A DNA stretch of 32,000 nt from positions 1 to 32,000 of the forward strand of contig JBHLKY010000019.1 in assembly GCA_048886185.1 (NCBI GenBank), written 5' to 3'. Origin of the DNA: Candidatus Hermodarchaeota archaeon (GTDB lineage: Archaea; Asgardarchaeota; Heimdallarchaeia; Hodarchaeales; Hodarchaeaceae). Position numbers and translations under genes: made by a program. This document shows positions 27,293-32,000 of this stretch, in pieces (within the stretch, counting starts at the first letter, position 1; every line of letters starts with the position of its first letter). The notes under the pieces were generated by a model. The model saw only the letters and a program-made list of their open reading frames with translations, did not search any database and was not told the DNA's origin.

Positions 27293-28321
27293 ATGGTAAA
27301 AATATTCTTCTGTACAGATATTCATGGAGCCGAGAATGTATGGAAGAAGTTTCTTAACGCAGGGAAGTATTTAAAAGCAGATATATTGATTATGGGAGGA
27401 GATCTCACAGGGAAACGAATGATACCAATAATTGAGCAACCTGATGGAACATGGAGAGGGATTAAATGGGAAAAATGGAGTAATCAAGAAGTAATAATGA
27501 AATCTGAGAGAGAAGTTAAGGATTTCGAAGAATATTCCCGGTCTATTGGTTATTATACTTGCCAGATAACCCCAGAAGAGAATGAAATATTATCATCGCC
27601 TGAATCTATCTTTATTGAGGATAAACTGTCAAAACCAGTAAAGGGAGGACCTTTAGATAAGCTATTTAATCATTTAATCCAAGAGAGTCTACATCGATGG
27701 CTAAATATGATCGATGATGTCATGTCTGATGGCACGAGACGTGTACCTGAAGGAACTAAGGTTATTATTTGCACAGGGAATGATGATAGTTTTATTGTAG
27801 ATGAAATCATTGATAAGGATCATCGTGTCACTTTGGGAGATGACCGAAAGATCGATTTAGATAGCAACCATGAAATGATTAGTTATGGGTGGACAACTCC
27901 AACTCCGTGGAATTCTTATAGAGAGACCACCGAGGATGTTATTAAAGAAAGAATCAATAAATTAGCCTCTACTATTAACAACATTGAAAATGCACTATTC
28001 TGTTTTCATTGTCCTCCTTATAACACTTTACTTGATAAGACTCTATTCTTAAAATCTCGGGAACCTTATGTTGGATTTGGTTCATTTTATTCAATCGGAT
28101 CTAAATGTGTTAAACAAGCTATCCAACGATATCAGCCTCTCTTATCTTTTCATGGTCATGTTCATAAGCTCGTTACTGTCTCTCACTCATCAGGATGTAT
28201 CAAGATCGGTAGAACTCATTGTATGAATCCTGGCAGTGAATACTCTTCAAATATACTGAAAGGATTCCTAGTTGAACTCAATGATAGTGAAATAGCAAAG
28301 ATACAGAAATTCCAATATTGA
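27293..28321 (+). CDS. Calcineurin-like metallophosphoesterase (Icc-related)
   Basis: TDIHG, GGDLTG, GNDD, FHCPP, HGHVH, NPGSEY. Confidence 0.88.
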   Translation: MVKIFFCTDIHGAENVWKKFLNAGKYLKADILIMGGDLTGKRMIPIIEQPDGTWRGIKWEKWSNQEVIMKSEREVKDFEEYSRSIGYYTCQITPEENEILSSPESIFIEDKLSKPVKGGPLDKLFNHLIQESLHRWLNMIDDVMSDGTRRVPEGTKVIICTGNDDSFIVDEIIDKDHRVTLGDDRKIDLDSNHEMISYGWTTPTPWNSYRETTEDVIKERINKLASTINNIENALFCFHCPPYNTLLDKTLFLKSREPYVGFGSFYSIGSKCVKQAIQRYQPLLSFHGHVHKLVTVSHSSGCIKIGRTHCMNPGSEYSSNILKGFLVELNDSEIAKIQKFQY

Positions 28322-28530
28322 TTGTACCCTCTATTTCAATAGAAAGAATTCTTCGTATCCGCCTATAGATTTATAAGCTTGAAAAGCGTGGCTTAGAGGA
28401 ATCAAAGTTAAATGATGTCCGTAAACTAGTGTTTATCTACGAGAACTACAGGATTATATGAAAACCGCGCTAGAAATGGTTGATTTGCACGAAGAGGAGG
28501 GCCAAAATTAACCTGGCCCACAAGAACTAT

Positions 28531-29385
28531 TTAATGAACTGCGGTTATCTCTATAATTTGAGTGGATTCAAAAATAGGTTCTTCCTGAAAAACTTGCAGA
28601 ACATCTTTCTCCATTTCATCAAAGCTTGGGACTTCAGAAAAAAGAGCAGATAATTCATTTTGCCATAGTGGTTTTAGGTCATTGATTCTCTGCTTTAATT
28701 CTTCATATGAATATGTGAGACCATCATAGTCGAATTTCTCATGAAGCAATTGCCAATCAATTGAGGTCAGATTCATTAAGAAATTTATGTCAAATAAATC
28801 CTGAGATTTTTTACGGCTGAATAGGGTTCGAACTTTTTCTACTAAAGCTTCTGTGAGGGAGAATACAGTAATTGAGAATGAGGGGATGCCTGGGAAATTG
28901 GAAGTTACTTCTTTGAGAGTAGGAGAAACAATGACTGGCGATGTTGGAAATAAGTCAATGATTATGTGATGGTACAAATAGATAATTCCTTGAATTGTTA
29001 GTTTTACAGTAATATTCCCATCTCCATATTCTCGAACGTCTCCTATGCGAGCTTTGTATCCTTTTTGTTTTAATTTCACCAATAGTTCACTTATTACAGT
29101 TTCAGCAGGCACATTTCCTACGAAATCTAAATCAGCAGAGAAACGTGGCGAGTTCCAAAATTTACGGAGGGTAGTTCCTCCTTTGAAAATTATTCCTGGA
29201 GTATCTGATAAGAGATAGAGAATGAGTTCTTGGAAATATTCCTTTTCGATGAGTGCTAAATCATCAGTTCCTTTCATCTCAGCTAGATTCCGTAGATCCT
29301 CAATATTGATCCTGCAATTTGAACTAGTAGATTCTGTGATTTGCGTTTTCTTTCCGAATAAACTCTTCCTTTTTCCAAAAGCCAT
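28531..29385 (-). CDS. AbiEii/AbiGii-family nucleotidyltransferase (type IV toxin-like)
   Basis: IEKEY, IIFKGGTTL, RFSADLDF, EKVRTLFSR..QDLFDI; AGGTGA Shine-Dalgarno-like element at 29392-29397 (minus strand) supports the start. Confidence 0.87.
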   Translation of the reverse strand: MAFGKRKSLFGKKTQITESTSSNCRINIEDLRNLAEMKGTDDLALIEKEYFQELILYLLSDTPGIIFKGGTTLRKFWNSPRFSADLDFVGNVPAETVISELLVKLKQKGYKARIGDVREYGDGNITVKLTIQGIIYLYHHIIIDLFPTSPVIVSPTLKEVTSNFPGIPSFSITVFSLTEALVEKVRTLFSRKKSQDLFDINFLMNLTSIDWQLLHEKFDYDGLTYSYEELKQRINDLKPLWQNELSALFSEVPSFDEMEKDVLQVFQEEPIFESTQIIEITAVH

Positions 29386-29403
29386 TATTTTTCACCTAAT
29401 CAA

Positions 29404-29438
29404 TGTAATACATTTCTGTATTACATATGTGTATAACA
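29404..29438. promoter_or_regulatory. Three TGTAWWACA boxes at 13-bp period upstream of the AbiEii-like gene
   Basis: TGTAATACA 29404-29412, TGTATTACA 29417-29425, TGTATAACA 29430-29438; they lie between a minus-strand TTTTTAAG (29441-29448) and the SD element. Confidence 0.75.
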
Positions 29439-29757
29439 TACTTAAAAATGTTTGCATAATTTTTATTTCTTTAAAAATTAAAACAAAAGAATTAGGTTAA
29501 ATAATAGCTTCTTTTCAAGAGAAAATACCAATAGATTTACATGATAGAAGAAAAGCAAGGAGAAAAAATAAATTGAATTCTATTTTTAATCATTATTGTT
29601 ATTAAAAACCCTCTAAATTCAACTGGATCCCTATATCCGTCATAGTTCGTTCTTAGCCATGCTTAATAAACCTATTTAATAATACACACCTATTGAAGCA
29701 TATTTCAAGAGTAATTAGTAAAAATAAGTCATTTTGAAAGAGTTTGAACTTTATAAA

Positions 29758-29840
29758 TGTTTAACATTTTAAGTAAGAACTCCGAAATATTGCAAGGAAT
29801 TTAACAAAAAATTTTAATTGTATAACACGAATGTATAACA
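29758..29840. promoter_or_regulatory. TGTWWWACA boxes upstream of the AbrB-LRR-wHTH gene
   Basis: TGTATAACA 29819-29827 and 29832-29840 (13-bp period) directly before TTTATTAATA (29841-29850); isolated TGTTTAACA at 29758-29766. Confidence 0.7.
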
Positions 29841-29885
29841 TTTATTAATATCAGAATATCATATGTTGCTGTAGATGATTTGCAC

Positions 29886-31073
29886 ATGAATACTAGTTTT
29901 GAGCGTTTATCTCGTCAGATAATTAAAGTAGGCAATAGTTATGCTGTAGCAATTACCCCATCTAAAGCTAATAAATTTGGTTTTGAACTTGGGGTCAAAG
30001 TTCAGGTAGGAATCCGTAATGGGTTAATAATTATCAGCCGTGAAAATGATGTAGATGAATTAATGAGATCAGAAACTTTTAGCGGGCATAAACCACTAAT
30101 AAAGGTAAATGAGCAGAATTTGCAAGGGCTTAATGAGCTAGCAAGTGAACTAGGAATAACTTCTGCTGACTTGGTAAATCAACGGATTTATGGTTATAAT
30201 GGCAATCTTAGATTGGGAGAAAAAAGACGCAGAGCTATCATTCGCCGTCAACAAGTAATTGTGTTGAACCTCGATCTCATGAAGATTACTCATTTCCCTG
30301 AAAATATCAATGGTGATCAATTCCCAACACTTAGGGGGTTAAGAATGGCTGGTTGTCAGTTGAGGGATGTTGATCTCTCCTCTCTGAGTTTAATCCCATC
30401 TTTGGAGAAACTAGTGCTCACAAACAATGAAATTGATGAAATTGAGCTTTCAGCATTATCTAATCTCAAAAAATTGAGTGAATTACATATCGATAGTAAT
30501 TTACTTGACCAAATTAACTTAAATCCCTTAAAGGATTTGAAATTGATAGAAACTCTAAATTTAAGTGGCAATGAACTAGAAGAAATTGACTTGAGTCCAT
30601 TAAAAGATTTAAATTCCCTGAAGGAACTTTATCTCGATAATAACTATATTGAAAAGATCGATCTTGATCCTTTGAGTCAAAAAACAGGATTATTCCTATC
30701 ATTGGAAAATAATCCTCTCCAGGATATCGATCTCGAACCACTATTTAATATTGACAATCTACACCTAGGTCTTCCTAGGGAACTTTCTCATAAAACACTA
30801 GAACAAGTGCGAGCTCTCCAAGAAATGGGGGTTCAAATGTCCGTAAAACCACTGAGAAAATTAACTACTGGTGAAATATACAATTTACCATTCGAATTAC
30901 AGGATTTAGCAATAACAATGCTCTCTTTAGTAGAGGGTACAGTAGATGAGATAGCTCAAGCTATCGATGTTCCCATAAACGAAGTGTTACCAAAAATTGA
31001 GACTCTTCAAATGATGGGATATATCGGAAAAATACAAAAAGGAGGAGAAACGGTCTATTTTCGATCACAATAG
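29886..31073 (+). CDS. AbrB/MazE-like DNA-binding domain, leucine-rich repeats and C-terminal winged HTH fusion
   Basis: RQIIKVGNSYAVAITPSKANKFGFELGVKVQVGIRNGLIIISRE (swapped hairpin); about 6-7 LRRs of about 24 aa (LxxLxLxxNxLxxIDLxPL); GTVDEIAQAIDVPINEVLPKIETLQMMGYIGKIQKGGETVYF. ATG 29886 preferred over TTG 29880. Confidence 0.82.
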   Translation: MNTSFERLSRQIIKVGNSYAVAITPSKANKFGFELGVKVQVGIRNGLIIISRENDVDELMRSETFSGHKPLIKVNEQNLQGLNELASELGITSADLVNQRIYGYNGNLRLGEKRRRAIIRRQQVIVLNLDLMKITHFPENINGDQFPTLRGLRMAGCQLRDVDLSSLSLIPSLEKLVLTNNEIDEIELSALSNLKKLSELHIDSNLLDQINLNPLKDLKLIETLNLSGNELEEIDLSPLKDLNSLKELYLDNNYIEKIDLDPLSQKTGLFLSLENNPLQDIDLEPLFNIDNLHLGLPRELSHKTLEQVRALQEMGVQMSVKPLRKLTTGEIYNLPFELQDLAITMLSLVEGTVDEIAQAIDVPINEVLPKIETLQMMGYIGKIQKGGETVYFRSQ

Positions 31074-31168
31074 AACTCCTTTGAATTTTCCTTTAAATGA
31101 ACATTTCACAAAATCAAATCAATAGTATTTTTCAAAAAATTTGTTACGATGAATAAGTCAGAAAGGTC

Positions 31169-32000
31169 ATGAATATGTCTAATAAACCTCTAAAAACATT
31201 ATCCATCATGTCTCACAAAGGAGGCGTGGGAAAAACTTCGATTGCTGTTAATATTGCTGTTTATTTAGCAAAAACAGGAAAAAACGTATGCTTGCTTGAG
31301 AATGATTTTCAAGGTCCTTCTCTGAATACTTGGTGGAAACCTGAAGTTACGTGGATAAACCATTACTTACTAGATAGTGCAAGTATAAATGATTGCCTGC
31401 AAAACATCTCTCCCAAATTGAATCTTCCAGGAAAGCTTCTTGTTGGATTTGCTGATCCTACTCCAGAGTCAATTCAAAGAAATATTCGAATAGATCAGGA
31501 AGATTCTATGAAAATGCTGCAAAATCTTGTAAGAGCTAAAACTACACTTAAAGAAGACCCTTATAAAATTGAATATCTTATCAATGACTGTTCTCCTGGT
31601 ATAGGCTATTCTGCTGTTAATGCAATGATAGCAGCAGATTCTAGTTTGTTTATTGTGAAGTTAAGCAATGCTGATATTATTGGTACTTCTCTAATGATTA
31701 AAGGTTTGTACAAGCAGCTAAAAAAACGAACTCTCGTATTAGCAAACCTAATTCCTAAAGAAGTCGTCAATGATGATGAAAAGAAGAAATTAGCTCAGGA
31801 ATTGGTGGAAAAGGCTTTAGTAGAACCCATTGGGGATTCTACTCACATTTTCCAGTTTACTGGGTGGATACCTACTGATAGCACTTTGATTTCCCTTGAG
31901 TTTGAACAAGCTTTAAAAACACTAAGTGGGGAGGACTCTTCTAGGATTATTTACACACTAGATCAGCCAGAGCATATTTTCTCAACAACACTCATGAAAA
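31169..32000 (+). CDS. MinD/ParA-family ATPase, partial (runs off the window end)
   Basis: Manual translation MNMSNKPLKTLSIMSHKGGVGKTSIAVNIAVYLAKTGKNVCLLENDFQGPSL...YLINDCSPG; deviant Walker A; stop-free to 32000; absent from the ORF track. Confidence 0.88.
   Translation, partial: MNMSNKPLKTLSIMSHKGGVGKTSIAVNIAVYLAKTGKNVCLLENDFQGPSLNTWWKPEVTWINHYLLDSASINDCLQNISPKLNLPGKLLVGFADPTPESIQRNIRIDQEDSMKMLQNLVRAKTTLKEDPYKIEYLINDCSPGIGYSAVNAMIAADSSLFIVKLSNADIIGTSLMIKGLYKQLKKRTLVLANLIPKEVVNDDEKKKLAQELVEKALVEPIGDSTHIFQFTGWIPTDSTLISLEFEQALKTLSGEDSSRIIYTLDQPEHIFSTTLMK

Noticed and set aside
28499-28519. GGGCCA-N9-TGGCCC hairpin between convergent genes
   Set aside because: Only a 6-bp stem with no U-tract; too weak to call a terminator.
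30100-30190. Ribbon-helix-helix domain in the AbrB-LRR protein (IKVNEQNLQGLNELASELGITSADLVNQRI)
   Set aside because: Fits equally well as the helical N-cap of the LRR; cannot be resolved without a structure model.
1827-30741. The many 61-134 aa track ORFs overlapping long genes (for example 1827, 2579, 5391, 7901, 9143, 10572, 14321, 17333, 22498, 25374, 30356)
   Set aside because: Antisense or alternate-frame shadows of well-supported genes, several just mirroring WD40 periodicity; no independent motifs.
1-32000. CRISPR array, rRNA, tRNA, integrase
   Set aside because: No regularly spaced repeat-spacer units, cloverleaf or rRNA-like segments, or recombinase motifs seen; periodicities trace to WD40, SBBP and LRR coding repeats.

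Overview
AT-rich window with about 21 genes, one decayed gene copy and no rRNA, tRNA or CRISPR array that I can see. Gene content (PGF-like C-terminal sorting tails, SBBP/WD40/LRR repeat proteins, MtmB homologues, archaeal-style TATA and AGGTGA signals) suggests an archaeon, probably Asgard/Heimdallarchaeia-like; this is inference. Layout: (1) a GC-shifted partial ORF missed by the ORF track; (2) a family-5 solute-binding protein (SBP) translationally coupled to a membrane-tethered winged-helix regulator, with three copies of an 18-bp palindromic operator, then an SBBP surface protein; (3) two paralogous receptor-like proteins (signal/TM, 14 WD40, DxDxDG repeats, TM, TPR-like tail); (4) a circularly permuted family-5 SBP; (5) a YkgJ-type Cys-cluster gene with a decayed tandem copy and a Cys-rich membrane protein; (6) a methyl-handling island of two convergent operons, M20 hydrolase-mtmB-adaA-ogt and mtmB-ICMT/PEMT-like, where both MtmB homologues lack pyrrolysine (Lys or His at that site); (7) a run of surface proteins; (8) an antitoxin-less AbiEii-type nucleotidyltransferase transcribed divergently from an AbrB-LRR-wHTH fusion, with both promoters carrying 13-bp-periodic TGTWWWACA boxes, followed by a MinD/ParA ATPase. 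Block 8 is my best candidate for an undescribed system; blocks 6, 3 and 2 follow. All family calls come from motif recognition, with reference sequences recalled from memory and no database search.
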